The position numbers and the translations under genes are program-made. Shown here piece by piece: positions 1-9,807 of a stretch of 64,000 bases of DNA. Source of the DNA: an uncultured virus (IMG/VR IMGVR_UViG_3300030330_005280). Its lineage: Duplodnaviria > Heunggongvirae > Uroviricota > Caudoviricetes. Within the stretch, counting starts at the first letter, position 1; each line of letters opens with the position of its first letter. Where the stretch lies: IMG/VR virus record IMGVR_UViG_3300030330_005280, positions 1 to 64,000 of that record, one strand, 5' to 3'. The notes under the pieces were generated by a model. It did no database searches, had not been told where the DNA came from, and saw nothing but the letters and a program-made list of their open reading frames with translations.

Positions 1-1
1 T

Positions 2-1594
2 CTTGCATTTATTAAAGAAGGATCAACAAAACGAAAAAATAAATTAGCTAAGTTTCTTGATCTCGATATCTTTGATCAAAAATTAAACTTTGCAAAAAAA
101 GACTCGTCTGAAATCTCTACTCTTATAAAACGTTTAAAAAACAAAAAAATAACTGAATTGTTAGTTGCTAAACAAGAGGAAGTAGAAGAAATAAATGATG
201 ATATAGATCGTCAAACTGATTTGTGTAAAAAACATAATAATCGATATGAAGAGTTACTTGAAGAGTTTTTAAAAATAGAAGAAGAAATAAACTCAATACC
301 TCAAAATATAATTGATATAGATGAGTTGGAAGACGAAATTGATCGCCTTGATGTTGATATACACAAAGCTGGTGTTAAAGTTTCTGAGAATAAACAAGAG
401 ATAAAACAAAACCAACTTGCTATTCAACAAGCAGATGATATTGTAGACTCTATAAATAAGCATAGACTTACGCAAATCTTAGAGCAGTGTAAGGAGTTTG
501 AAGAATCTCTAACAGCTTCTAAACAGGAGCTCAGAGGCCTTAAAACAAAAGAAAAACAAGCCCACAAAAAGATTGAAATGCTTCACGATCATGAGTATGA
601 TCCTGACTGTAAATATTGTTGCGACAACAAGTTTGTCAAAGATGCCACAAAAGCAAAAAACTATCTTCCAACACTTGAAGAAGAGATCGAGGAAGTAGAA
701 AAAATTATTGATGGTTGGGAACTGAAAATATTTGGTCTTGACAAAGGTTCTGCTGAAAAAGAGTTGCAAACATTAGATAATAATATAGCGAAGAGAGATA
801 AGTTTGTTTCTATTAATAAAAACTTAGAGATAACTAATGAGTCCCTTGTGTCTAAAATATCTTTGATGAGCAACCAAAAAGCTTCTCTTGAACAACAAAG
901 AGATGAATATAACGCAAACCGCCAAGCCATAGAAAACCTTTCTTCTCTTATAAAATCAAAAAATGCAGTTAAGACAAAAATGTCTGAGGCTAAGCAAAGA
1001 AAAGAAAAGTGCGATAAAAAGATACAAGATTATCTTGTTGAGCTCGGTGCTGTTAAAAGCACTATTAAGAGACTTCATGTTGAAAAGAGAGAACAAGATG
1101 AATTAGAAGAATCTTTTATAGCATATGAATTGTTTATGCGCTGTATGCATCCTAATGGCATAGCTTATGAGATTATTAAACAGAAATTGTCTCTTATCAA
1201 CGAGGAAATCCAAAAGTGTCTCGCAAACATTGTTGACTTCCAAGTTATGTTCGAAGAAGATGGTCGCAATCTAGATATCAATATCAAGCATCCAAAGTAT
1301 GACTCACGTCCCATATCTATGGGATCAGGAGCAGAAAAAACCATAGCAGCTATGGCTATACGTCTTGCTCTTATTGAAATAACGAACTTGCCCAAGTCTA
1401 CTTTATTTATAATGGATGAGCCTGCCACAGCACTAGACCAAGAGCATATGGAAGGTTTTGTTCGTTTGATTGATATGATAAAAGACAAATTCAAAACTGT
1501 CCTGTTAATCTCACATCTAGATGTTTTGAAAGATTGTGTCGATAAGACAATAGATATACAAAAAGTTGGTGGCTATGCTAAGGTAAACTGTTAA
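2..1594 (+). CDS. Rad50/SbcC-like recombination nuclease ATPase subunit (T4 gp46-like), 5'-truncated by the window edge
   Basis: Frame open from base 2; long coiled coil with CKYC zinc hook; signature MGSGAEK, Walker B FIMDEP, H-loop LISH. Confidence 0.92.
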   Translation, partial: LAFIKEGSTKRKNKLAKFLDLDIFDQKLNFAKKDSSEISTLIKRLKNKKITELLVAKQEEVEEINDDIDRQTDLCKKHNNRYEELLEEFLKIEEEINSIPQNIIDIDELEDEIDRLDVDIHKAGVKVSENKQEIKQNQLAIQQADDIVDSINKHRLTQILEQCKEFEESLTASKQELRGLKTKEKQAHKKIEMLHDHEYDPDCKYCCDNKFVKDATKAKNYLPTLEEEIEEVEKIIDGWELKIFGLDKGSAEKELQTLDNNIAKRDKFVSINKNLEITNESLVSKISLMSNQKASLEQQRDEYNANRQAIENLSSLIKSKNAVKTKMSEAKQRKEKCDKKIQDYLVELGAVKSTIKRLHVEKREQDELEESFIAYELFMRCMHPNGIAYEIIKQKLSLINEEIQKCLANIVDFQVMFEEDGRNLDINIKHPKYDSRPISMGSGAEKTIAAMAIRLALIEITNLPKSTLFIMDEPATALDQEHMEGFVRLIDMIKDKFKTVLLISHLDVLKDCVDKTIDIQKVGGYAKVNC

Positions 1595-1604
1595 ATCTAT
1601 TTTG

Positions 1605-1640
1605 AAAGCCTATTTAGTGTAAAAGCTATTTAGGCTTTTT
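1605..1640 (+). terminator. Intrinsic terminator containing two CTATTTA motifs
   Basis: AAAGCCTA...TAGGCTTT stem followed by T-run just after the gp46 stop. Confidence 0.6.
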
Positions 1641-1656
1641 TCTTTTGGAGTTTGTA

Positions 1657-1932
1657 ATGACAAGAGAAGAATTTTTAGAGGCAGGAGAAAAAATGGAACA
1701 AGAAAAAAAAGAAAAACTAAAACAACAATTATATCTTGATAATAAACAAAAAGGTATTCTTGATGCTCTACAAGAGAAAGCAATCTCTCGTAAGCTGCTT
1801 GTATTTGTATCAGCAACAGCTTTATTGTGGAACGCACAATTAGATCCTGAAACTTGGGGAATGATTGCTATGATGTACATCGGTGGACAAACCGCTGTTG
1901 ACTTTGCCAAGATGTGGCGACATGGTGGTTAG
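1657..1932 (+). CDS. Small two-TM membrane protein, putative holin
   Basis: GGAG RBS; SRKLLV followed by two short hydrophobic segments and YIGGQ. Confidence 0.5.
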   Translation: MTREEFLEAGEKMEQEKKEKLKQQLYLDNKQKGILDALQEKAISRKLLVFVSATALLWNAQLDPETWGMIAMMYIGGQTAVDFAKMWRHGG

Positions 1933-1934
1933 TC

Positions 1935-2270
1935 ATGATTTGGTTATACAAAGCAAAGAATTGGATTGTAGCTCATAAGAACTGGTTAATTCTTATGGGT
2001 TTGTTTATTTTGTCTTATGTGCTTGGAAGACGATCAAACCAAAACTATTTGGAAATGGCAAACTTAGCCAAAGACCAATATAAGAAAGAGAATGAAGAAC
2101 TTGAGCGTTTACAAAAAGCAAAACAAGTCAGGGATAAACGAGCAGAACAAAAAGCAAAAGCTGTTAAAGCTGCTCTTGAAGTTGAGAAGGAAAAACGACT
2201 GAAAGAGCTAGAGAAACAAAAAACTAATCCTGATGATGTTTTCAAACACATAGGGATAACAAAGAAATGA
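1935..2270 (+). CDS. Membrane-anchored coiled-coil protein (Rz/i-spanin-like)
   Basis: N-terminal TM (WLILMGLFILSYVLG) then charged coiled coil; follows the holin candidate. Confidence 0.4.
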   Translation: MIWLYKAKNWIVAHKNWLILMGLFILSYVLGRRSNQNYLEMANLAKDQYKKENEELERLQKAKQVRDKRAEQKAKAVKAALEVEKEKRLKELEKQKTNPDDVFKHIGITKK

Positions 2271-2662
2271 TTTTATTTTTACTATCTACATTAGCGTGGG
2301 GACAACCACCTGAATATACATATCTTGAAAGAGGAATGGAAGCTCCGTTTTCTGGTCGTTTGTTTAACGATACAGCATCTCAATTACTATCAGACCAAAT
2401 AGCAGACGCAACAGACAGATGTCAAATAGAGATGGATTATCAGATTGGTATACTTCTTGCAGAGAAAGAACAAGAAATAAATAAACTTAGATCACAACAC
2501 AAGCTTGACAAACAAACGCTTGAAGCAAAAGTTCAAGCTTTGGAAACAAGAATTCAAGGTCTAGAAAAAATAAAAACCCCACCAAAAAAGAAACTTTGGT
2601 TTTCTTTTGGACTAATTACTGGAGTAGGAATTACAATAGCTATAGCAAATGCGGTGAACTGA
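2267..2662 (+). CDS. Exported coiled-coil protein with C-terminal TM (possible spanin component)
   Basis: Short signal peptide MILFLLSTLAWG, coiled coil, C-terminal hydrophobic helix; ATGA overlap with upstream gene. Confidence 0.4.
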   Translation: MILFLLSTLAWGQPPEYTYLERGMEAPFSGRLFNDTASQLLSDQIADATDRCQIEMDYQIGILLAEKEQEINKLRSQHKLDKQTLEAKVQALETRIQGLEKIKTPPKKKLWFSFGLITGVGITIAIANAVN

Positions 2663-3720
2663 TGCCAATAACAAAACAAGATATCATGAAAATGATAAAA
2701 GAAGAGTTAAAACAAGTCCTTATAGAGGACTTATCATTATTGAGAGATATGACACCTCAAGACGTTCTTGAGTATATGCGAAGTGAACTAAACGGGAAGA
2801 TTTGGTTCTTCTGGGATTTAGAATCCATAGGTTTTGACGGACAGATAACTCAATATGGAGCAATAGCTTTTAAGATTGATGATATCGACGGATCAGCTCC
2901 AATTGAACCAATAGCAGAGTTTGATGTAAACGTTGCCTTAAACGAAGAAACATTGCAAAAGTATGTTAAACAACAAGACATACTAAACAGAGCTGCTGAG
3001 ATTGTTCGAAAATACGAAGAAACAAACCAGGTTACAAGTGAACTAGAATTTATTCTTAAAGCACAACAAGAAAAAGAAGAAGGAAGACCATACACAGTAG
3101 CTGATATGCTCGAATACACTAACTATCAAACAAGAGAAGATGATAAAGACGAATATGAAGCTATGGAAGAGTTCCTCGCTTGGGTTGAAAACCTGGGTCC
3201 AAATGTTGTTTCTGTGGGACATAATATAAAGACATTTGACAGAAACAAAATAATCAAACAAGGTGCAGCGCTTGGCATAGACACAACCGCATTTGAACAA
3301 ATTGATATCTTTGACACAGTTAATTTTCAAAGACAAGTTTTAAAGGGTATAGCTGAGTATGAAATGCAGCAAAATAATCCTAAGATGGCTCGTTTCTTTG
3401 ATGAGAAAGAAAAAGAAATTAAAGGAGAGATGAAAACAATCACAGTATTTAACGGTAAACTACAAAGAATGATGGATGTATATGGACCAGGACCAGACTA
3501 TATTCAACTTCATACAGCTATTGATGACACAAGACAACTAATTACGGCATTCTTTAACATGTATGCTGATGTGAGAGAACTAGTGATGGCTAGTGATAAA
3601 TTAAAAGGTTTGTCAACAAACATTAATATACCGAGAGCACAAAAAGAATTGGGAACAAAAGAGATACAAAATCCTATTGATATTAGCAGTGCTATAAGAA
3701 AAGCTAGGAGTGACCCATGA
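2662..3720 (+). CDS. DEDDh 3'-5' exonuclease (DnaQ-like) with N-terminal IKEEL leader
   Basis: ExoI WDLES, ExoII GHNIKTFD, ExoIII HTAIDD; N-terminus MPITKQDIMKMIKEELKQVLIE. Confidence 0.8.
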   Translation: MPITKQDIMKMIKEELKQVLIEDLSLLRDMTPQDVLEYMRSELNGKIWFFWDLESIGFDGQITQYGAIAFKIDDIDGSAPIEPIAEFDVNVALNEETLQKYVKQQDILNRAAEIVRKYEETNQVTSELEFILKAQQEKEEGRPYTVADMLEYTNYQTREDDKDEYEAMEEFLAWVENLGPNVVSVGHNIKTFDRNKIIKQGAALGIDTTAFEQIDIFDTVNFQRQVLKGIAEYEMQQNNPKMARFFDEKEKEIKGEMKTITVFNGKLQRMMDVYGPGPDYIQLHTAIDDTRQLITAFFNMYADVRELVMASDKLKGLSTNINIPRAQKELGTKEIQNPIDISSAIRKARSDP

Positions 3721-4361
3721 TTGTATCAACACCATATACCGAATGTTATGTAAAGAAATCATTTTTATCTGGTAATCCAAACTATGGCAAAGATGAAACT
3801 ATTTTTGGCGTTTTACACGCAATAAGATTTATTAGAGGTAGAGCACCACTTTATTTGATTTACCTTCCATCTATGGGAGCTTTTTATGATAAAGTAGATC
3901 AGTGCGCTATTTTCAACAGAAAAGAAACACCAAATAAAGAAATTAAAATGCCTGATATTGCTTGGTGGGATAGCATTTCAGACTATTGGCAAATGATACA
4001 AATTCAAGGTCTTCGGGGCATGGATGTAGAGATGTTTAATAGAGCTGGTCATAAATGGGAAGGCACTTATCTTTGGACTTGTGACCCACAAAGACCAAGA
4101 GATGTTAATGATCATGGGCAATCAGAATGTTGGCATGAACATAAAACAAAAACTTATTTTTTTGATGATCATGATGGTGTACTATGTTGTGGTCCAAACA
4201 ACAAGATGAGATTTCTGGACAACTCATTAAGTCCAAAAAATTTAGAAACCCCATATTGGATGAGAGTTTATAGAGATATGGATTCACCAGAAAGAACAAC
4301 ACACGAAACTGATGAGGAGAAATATGGCAATTCAGAAAGGTGGGATTATGAAAAAGAATGA
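3717..4361 (+). CDS. Hypothetical phage protein
   Basis: 214-aa ORF with overlapping start/stop coupling; no motif recognised. Confidence 0.7.
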   Translation: MIVSTPYTECYVKKSFLSGNPNYGKDETIFGVLHAIRFIRGRAPLYLIYLPSMGAFYDKVDQCAIFNRKETPNKEIKMPDIAWWDSISDYWQMIQIQGLRGMDVEMFNRAGHKWEGTYLWTCDPQRPRDVNDHGQSECWHEHKTKTYFFDDHDGVLCCGPNNKMRFLDNSLSPKNLETPYWMRVYRDMDSPERTTHETDEEKYGNSERWDYEKE

Positions 4362-4722
4362 TTCAAACTATATTGTAAAAGTAGAAAAAGCAATTGCAGA
4401 AAAGTATGGCGAAGAAACAATTCAAAACCCAAAACGATACTGGAACGATGAAAAAGAAAAACAATATGTAAAGCAATTAAAAGATCTTTACAAGGATTCT
4501 AATCAAAAAGATAATTTACAAGTCGATGTTAATGGCGTTTTTATTCCAGAGAAACTAATTACGAAAGAATCTAAGCGTTCTTGTCCTGTTTGTAATACTT
4601 ATTCATTTAAATCAAGAGATGATGTTTATATGGCTAAATTTGATTGTTGTGAAAAATGTTATATTCAATGGGTTGAAGACCGTGAAGAACGATGGCTAAA
4701 AGGATGGAGACCAAATGAGTAG
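4348..4722 (+). CDS. Hypothetical protein with zinc-binding motif
   Basis: CPVC...CCEKC. Confidence 0.7.
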   Translation: MKKNDSNYIVKVEKAIAEKYGEETIQNPKRYWNDEKEKQYVKQLKDLYKDSNQKDNLQVDVNGVFIPEKLITKESKRSCPVCNTYSFKSRDDVYMAKFDCCEKCYIQWVEDREERWLKGWRPNE

Positions 4723-5269
4723 TACAACACTAGAAATTATACAAGGACTAGCACAAGCAGCTTCGAACGTTTATGACGGAGCTCATGATAAGAGATTTTC
4801 TTATGATGGTGAAGAGCGATCCGTAGGACTAAAAAGAGAAGAAGGGTGTGCTTTAATGGACAAGAGAGTTATGGATGGTTTTAAAGTTCGCTTCTATGGT
4901 GATTCTATGATTTTGTCTTATCAATCAGATATTCTTCTCAAAGAAGTTTATGCTGGTAAGTTTGAACAGAACATTGAAGCTATGTTGAATGATATCAAAA
5001 AGTTTCTCCAAAAAGAATATAGAGCAGTTACAGGAAAATCAGTAACTCTTACAGCAAAAAGTGAACCAAGCATTTTGGTTCAATCAACATCAAGGGTTCG
5101 TTCTTTTGTTGAAGCAAATCAACATTTTAAGATTGGAGGAATTGAATCTATGCCAATTCTTGATCCTTCGATTGATCAAACAAGAGATGTTACTAGAAAG
5201 TTTTTAGAACAATTTTCGGACAAACGTCCACCAAACGATAAACGCAAAAAAGGAGCGAATCAAAAATGA
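4715..5269 (+). CDS. Hypothetical phage protein
   Basis: 184-aa ORF, GGAG RBS, coupled to neighbours. Confidence 0.7.
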   Translation: MSSTTLEIIQGLAQAASNVYDGAHDKRFSYDGEERSVGLKREEGCALMDKRVMDGFKVRFYGDSMILSYQSDILLKEVYAGKFEQNIEAMLNDIKKFLQKEYRAVTGKSVTLTAKSEPSILVQSTSRVRSFVEANQHFKIGGIESMPILDPSIDQTRDVTRKFLEQFSDKRPPNDKRKKGANQK

Positions 5270-5775
5270 AACTTACAAATAAACAGTTAAGACAAATTAT
5301 CAAAGAAGAATTAGAAACAGTTCTTGATGAAGGTTTTCTGGATTCAGCTATAGATTATGGAAAAAAAGCCTTTGGTTTTGGAGCAGAGCCTGATGAAGAA
5401 CCTGCTGCTGAGCCTGGTAATCAAATGAAACAAGAAGCAAAAGAACATTTGGTACAATATTATAATAATTATATAAAGGCTGAAGCACCTCCATCTGGAT
5501 CAGAAAGAATGAATTTTGTTCGAGATTGGCTTGGTGGGTGGAAAGAACCTAAAAAAAGAGAGTGGACACGTTGGTGGCCATTGTATAATGCTTGGAGAAC
5601 CAGCGCTACAGGGCCAAAAGGTATCTCACCTGAAGAATTGATACCTCTAACAGTTGAAGCTTTAACTCCAGTTGTTGTAGAAATTTTAAAAGACAGCAAC
5701 GCTAGTAAGTATTATCATGAAGCAAATGTTAGAAAGTTTCTTGAAGACGCACACACATATGGCAAACCTTCATAA
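5266..5775 (+). CDS. Hypothetical protein with MKLTNKQLRQIIKEELETVLDE leader (putative internal head protein)
   Basis: AGGAG RBS; leader nearly identical to that of the next gene. Confidence 0.7.
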   Translation: MKLTNKQLRQIIKEELETVLDEGFLDSAIDYGKKAFGFGAEPDEEPAAEPGNQMKQEAKEHLVQYYNNYIKAEAPPSGSERMNFVRDWLGGWKEPKKREWTRWWPLYNAWRTSATGPKGISPEELIPLTVEALTPVVVEILKDSNASKYYHEANVRKFLEDAHTYGKPS

Positions 5776-5875
5776 TAATATAATAATTACAAATAGGAGA
5801 AAATTAAAAATGAAACTTACAAATAAACAGTTAAAACAAATTATTAAAGAAGAACTAGAAGCAGTTTTACAAGAA
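5266..5875 (+). repeat. Imperfect ~66-nt direct repeat (5266-5331 and 5810-5875) encoding the shared leader peptide
   Basis: Both copies begin atgaaacttacaaataaacagttaa; similarity stops after the VLxE codons. Confidence 0.9.
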
Positions 5876-6202
5876 TCCACTGCATTTCCAAAAGACCTTA
5901 CTTCAATCAACATCGGTCCAGGAAGAAGAACACCTGCAAGAAATGAAGCTGTAACAGCTGCCATGAATGCTTTCAGAGCAGCAGAAACATCCACAGATGA
6001 TAATGAAAGGAAATATATGTTCATAAATACATTTCGAAAATTAATTTCTACTTACGGATTAAACTTTGAAGAAGCAATTGAAATAATGGAAGCTGCTGGA
6101 AGAGAAGTTGGTTATCCTAGAGTAAGAGAGATTATTCGACTTTTAAGATCACAGGGTAGTTCAGATAGTAATGTAGTTATCGATGATCCTATGATGCAAT
6201 AG
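5810..6202 (+). CDS. Hypothetical protein with MKLTNKQLKQIIKEELEAVLQE leader (putative internal head protein)
   Basis: AGGAG RBS before ATG at 5810; shared leader, unrelated body. Confidence 0.7.
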   Translation: MKLTNKQLKQIIKEELEAVLQESTAFPKDLTSINIGPGRRTPARNEAVTAAMNAFRAAETSTDDNERKYMFINTFRKLISTYGLNFEEAIEIMEAAGREVGYPRVREIIRLLRSQGSSDSNVVIDDPMMQ

Positions 6203-6208
6203 GAGCAC

Positions 6209-7795
6209 ATGTCTCTTAAGTTAACAAAACAAGAAATAATAAAAGAAATCCTTAAGTGTGGTAAAGATCCTCTTTATTTTATTAATAATTATTGTAGAAT
6301 CTCACATCCACTTAAGGGTTTAATTCCTTTTAATACTTATCCTTATCAAGATGATTTGGTAAATAATTTCAACGACTATCGCTTCACAGTAATACTGAAA
6401 GCAAGACAGTTAGGCATCTCCACAATTTCAGCTGCTTATGCTGTGTGGTTTATGTTGTTTCACAAAGAAAAGAACATTTTGGTTATGGCAACTAAGTTTG
6501 GAACCGCAGCTAACTTAGTAAAAAAAGTAAAGATGGTAATGAAAAACTTACCAAAGTGGATGCAGGTAGCTACTATAGTTATAGACAACAGAACTTCTTT
6601 TGAACTATCAAATGGGTCATCTATCAAAGCTGTTGGAACATCAGCGGATGCTGGTCGTTCGGAAGCATTATCTTTATTGATTATAGATGAGGCAGCGCAC
6701 GTTGATGGTCTTGATGATCTTTGGGCAGGTCTTTATCCTACTCTATCAACAGGGGGTCGATGTATTGCTTTATCAACTCCCATGGGTGTTGGTAACTGGT
6801 TTCACAGAACTTATATTGATGCTGAGAATGGAGACAACGAATTTCATCCTGTTTCTTTACCATGGGACGTTCATCCTGAACGTGATCAAGATTGGTTTGT
6901 TAAAGAAACTAAGAACATGTCAAGAAGACAGATAGCACAAGAACTTGAATGTAATTTTAATACATCTGGTGAGACTGTTATACATCCGGATGATATTCAC
7001 TGGATGTACGAAAACCAACAAGACCCTGAATATAAAACGGGATGGGATAGGAATTTGTGGATTTGGGAAAAACACCAAGAAGGTGTCCCTTATCTTATGG
7101 TTGCTGATGTTGCTCGAGGAGATGGAGCCGATTCTTCTGTTTTTCATATATTACGAACAGATACAATGGATGTAGTCGCTGAATACCAAGGTAAACCGAC
7201 TATGGATCACTTTGCCAAAATTTTGAATGACGCTGGTAAAGAATATGGTAATTGTTTAATGGTTATAGAAAATGTTGGTATTGGTATTGCTGCTTGTGAA
7301 AAAGTTAGAGATCTTGGATATCCTAACCTTTACTACTCAATAAAGTCCACTCATGAATATGTTGATTCTTTAGAGGGCGAGTATAATGACAGAGCAGTTA
7401 TAGGATTTACTACTTCTATGAAAACAAGACCATTGATCGTTGCAAAGCTTGAAGAATATATAAGAAACAAGTTGGTTAAACCAAGATCCTCTCGTTTGTT
7501 TCATGAAGTAAAAACATTTATATGGAACAATGGCAAACCTCAGGCTATGCGTTCTTATCATGACGATTTAATAATGGCTCTTGCTATTGCATGTTGGGTT
7601 CGAGACACAGCTTTAGAAGTATCTGAAAAAGATAGAATGTATCAAGAGGCTATGATTACTTCTATTAAATCGTCTCAAACCACTATGAATACATCTATAA
7701 AAGGCATGAGAGGATATACTGGAACTAAAACACAAGAGGCTTTAGATGATTTTCAAAAAACTTATAAAGACTTTGCTTGGATTTTCAAAGGATAG
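6209..7795 (+). CDS. Terminase large subunit (T4 gp17-like)
   Basis: YPYQ, LKARQLGIST Walker A-like, LIIDEAAH Walker B, LSTP, nuclease ADVARG and HDDLIMA. Confidence 0.97.
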   Translation: MSLKLTKQEIIKEILKCGKDPLYFINNYCRISHPLKGLIPFNTYPYQDDLVNNFNDYRFTVILKARQLGISTISAAYAVWFMLFHKEKNILVMATKFGTAANLVKKVKMVMKNLPKWMQVATIVIDNRTSFELSNGSSIKAVGTSADAGRSEALSLLIIDEAAHVDGLDDLWAGLYPTLSTGGRCIALSTPMGVGNWFHRTYIDAENGDNEFHPVSLPWDVHPERDQDWFVKETKNMSRRQIAQELECNFNTSGETVIHPDDIHWMYENQQDPEYKTGWDRNLWIWEKHQEGVPYLMVADVARGDGADSSVFHILRTDTMDVVAEYQGKPTMDHFAKILNDAGKEYGNCLMVIENVGIGIAACEKVRDLGYPNLYYSIKSTHEYVDSLEGEYNDRAVIGFTTSMKTRPLIVAKLEEYIRNKLVKPRSSRLFHEVKTFIWNNGKPQAMRSYHDDLIMALAIACWVRDTALEVSEKDRMYQEAMITSIKSSQTTMNTSIKGMRGYTGTKTQEALDDFQKTYKDFAWIFKG

Positions 7796-7796
7796 G

Positions 7797-7825
7797 TTGA
7801 CAATCTAATTACTTTATGCTATAAT
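7797..7825 (+). promoter_or_regulatory. sigma70-type promoter upstream of the portal gene
   Basis: TTGACA-17-TATAAT with extended TG; CTAATTA and CTATTTA motifs overlap or follow. Confidence 0.7.
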
Positions 7826-7854
7826 AGAACTATTTACTACGAAAAGGATGAGCT

Positions 7855-9807
7855 ATGGCAAAATACAAAAAGTCGCCTTATAATCCACAATCGGATTTGT
7901 TTAAGGCTTTAACAAAATTATTTTCTGGTCCAATAACGCAACGAAGAACACAGACTGGTCGAATGTTGCGAAGAAGACAATTAGATAATTACTCTAACAA
8001 ATTTCAATCAGCATCAGGTGCACAATTTAAAAAGTGGGAATACAACCCGATAAACTCTGTTACTCTTAATATGATATCAAATAGAAACAGGGCAGAGCGT
8101 TATGTTGATTTTGATGAAATGGAATATATGCCAGAAATAGCTTCATCTTTAGATATATACGCTGATGAGATGACAACTCATACTGCACTTCGCCCAATGC
8201 TTAACATCAAATGTGCGAACGAAGAAATCAAACACATCCTCCATAATTTATATCACAATGTTTTAAACATTGAACACAACCTTTTCGGTTGGGCTAGAAC
8301 AATGTGTAAGTACGGTGACTTTTTTCTCTATCTTGATATTGATGAAGATATGGGAATCCGATCTGCTATCGGGCTTCCAACGAGAGAAATCGAGCGTCTT
8401 GAGGGAGAGGATCAAAGTAATCCAAATTACGTTCAGTACCAGTGGAATACAGCAGGACTAACTCTGGAGAATTGGCAAGTAGCCCACTTCAGAATCCTTG
8501 GTAATGATAAGCATGCTCCATATGGAACATCAGTCCTTGAAGCTTGTAGACGCATTCACCGTCAACTTATTCTTTTAGAAGATGCCATGATGGCATATAG
8601 AATTGTTCGTGCCCCTGAACGTCGTTTGTTTAAAATTGACGTTGGTGGTATACCTCCTCAAGAAGTAGAGCAATATATGCAGAAAGTAATGACACAATTA
8701 AAAAGACATTCTGTTGTTGATCCATCAACAGGTCGTGTTGATTTACGCTATAATCCTTTGTCTATTGAGGAAGATTACTATATTCCAATTCGTGGAGGAC
8801 AATCGTCAACAGATATCACAAGTCTTCCCGGTGCTGCTTACAACGGTGGTATTGATGATGTTAAGTACCTTAGAGATAAGTTGTTTGCTGCTCTAAAGAT
8901 ACCACAATCTTACTTGACAATGGGTGAAGGTGCTTCTGAAGATAAAACTACATTAGCTCAAAAAGATATTCGCTTTGCTAGAACAATACAAAGGTTACAA
9001 CGTGTAGCTATAGCAGAGCTTGAAAAGATTGGAATTATTCATCTTTATACTCTTGGCTATAGAAACGATGATTTATTAACATTTAAATTACAACTAAATA
9101 ATCCATCTAAAATTGCTGAACTACAAGAACTTGAACACTGGGATAAAAAGTTTTCTGTTGCTGGTAATGCAACTGAAGGTTACTTTTCAAAACGTTGGAT
9201 CGCTGAAAACATGTTTGGCTTATCAGAAGATGAATTCCTTAGAAATCAAAGAGAAATGTTTTTTGATAAAAAGTTTGGAGCTAAACTTGAAGCTGCTACT
9301 CAAGGTGGAGAAGCAGGAGAAGATGCTGGTGGAGGCGGTGGTCTTGCTGGTGGACTCGGAGATCTCGGTGGAGGTGGAGATGACCTCGGTGGAGGTGATG
9401 ATTTAGGAGGTGACCTCGGTGGAGGTGACCTTGGCGGTGGAGACACCGGCGGAGGAGATGTCGGCGGCGATGAAGGGGGTGACACTGATCTGCTCGCCGA
9501 ACCCTCTGCGAAACGTGATGATTCACCACCCTATGTGGATGTCCCATCTAAACGTGGTCCATATAAATCACACCAATCATCTTATGATAAGGGCGGTATG
9601 AAGAAATCCATGCTCGGCTCAACAGGAATTGAGACAGCAAGACCTACAGGGCGCAATATTTACAAAGGTTATATTGGAAACGAATACTCATTGTCTCAAG
9701 CATCTGGTGGTTATTTAGAAGAAGAACAAAAACTAGAAACCGTATCTCGCGAAGTTGAGATGCTTATTGAATCATTAAACAAAAAGGAATCAATCGATGA
9801 AACATAA
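7855..9807 (+). CDS. Portal protein (T4 gp20-like) with Gly/Asp-rich C-terminal extension
   Basis: LEDAMMAYRIVRAPERRLFKIDVG, EDYYIP, LFAALKIP motifs typical of gp20. Confidence 0.96.
   Translation: MAKYKKSPYNPQSDLFKALTKLFSGPITQRRTQTGRMLRRRQLDNYSNKFQSASGAQFKKWEYNPINSVTLNMISNRNRAERYVDFDEMEYMPEIASSLDIYADEMTTHTALRPMLNIKCANEEIKHILHNLYHNVLNIEHNLFGWARTMCKYGDFFLYLDIDEDMGIRSAIGLPTREIERLEGEDQSNPNYVQYQWNTAGLTLENWQVAHFRILGNDKHAPYGTSVLEACRRIHRQLILLEDAMMAYRIVRAPERRLFKIDVGGIPPQEVEQYMQKVMTQLKRHSVVDPSTGRVDLRYNPLSIEEDYYIPIRGGQSSTDITSLPGAAYNGGIDDVKYLRDKLFAALKIPQSYLTMGEGASEDKTTLAQKDIRFARTIQRLQRVAIAELEKIGIIHLYTLGYRNDDLLTFKLQLNNPSKIAELQELEHWDKKFSVAGNATEGYFSKRWIAENMFGLSEDEFLRNQREMFFDKKFGAKLEAATQGGEAGEDAGGGGGLAGGLGDLGGGGDDLGGGDDLGGDLGGGDLGGGDTGGGDVGGDEGGDTDLLAEPSAKRDDSPPYVDVPSKRGPYKSHQSSYDKGGMKKSMLGSTGIETARPTGRNIYKGYIGNEYSLSQASGGYLEEEQKLETVSREVEMLIESLNKKESIDET
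9303..9483 (+). repeat. Low-complexity GG(G)D(D)LG coding repeats within the portal
   Basis: Repeated ggtggaggtga/gacctcggt units, locally GC-rich. Confidence 0.85.

Noticed and set aside
6209..6260. Terminase N-terminus LKLTKQEIIKEILK resembles the cargo leader
   Set aside because: It runs straight into the usual gp17 N-terminal E..KC..DP.YF helix and has no terminal xLxE site, so it was not counted as a member.
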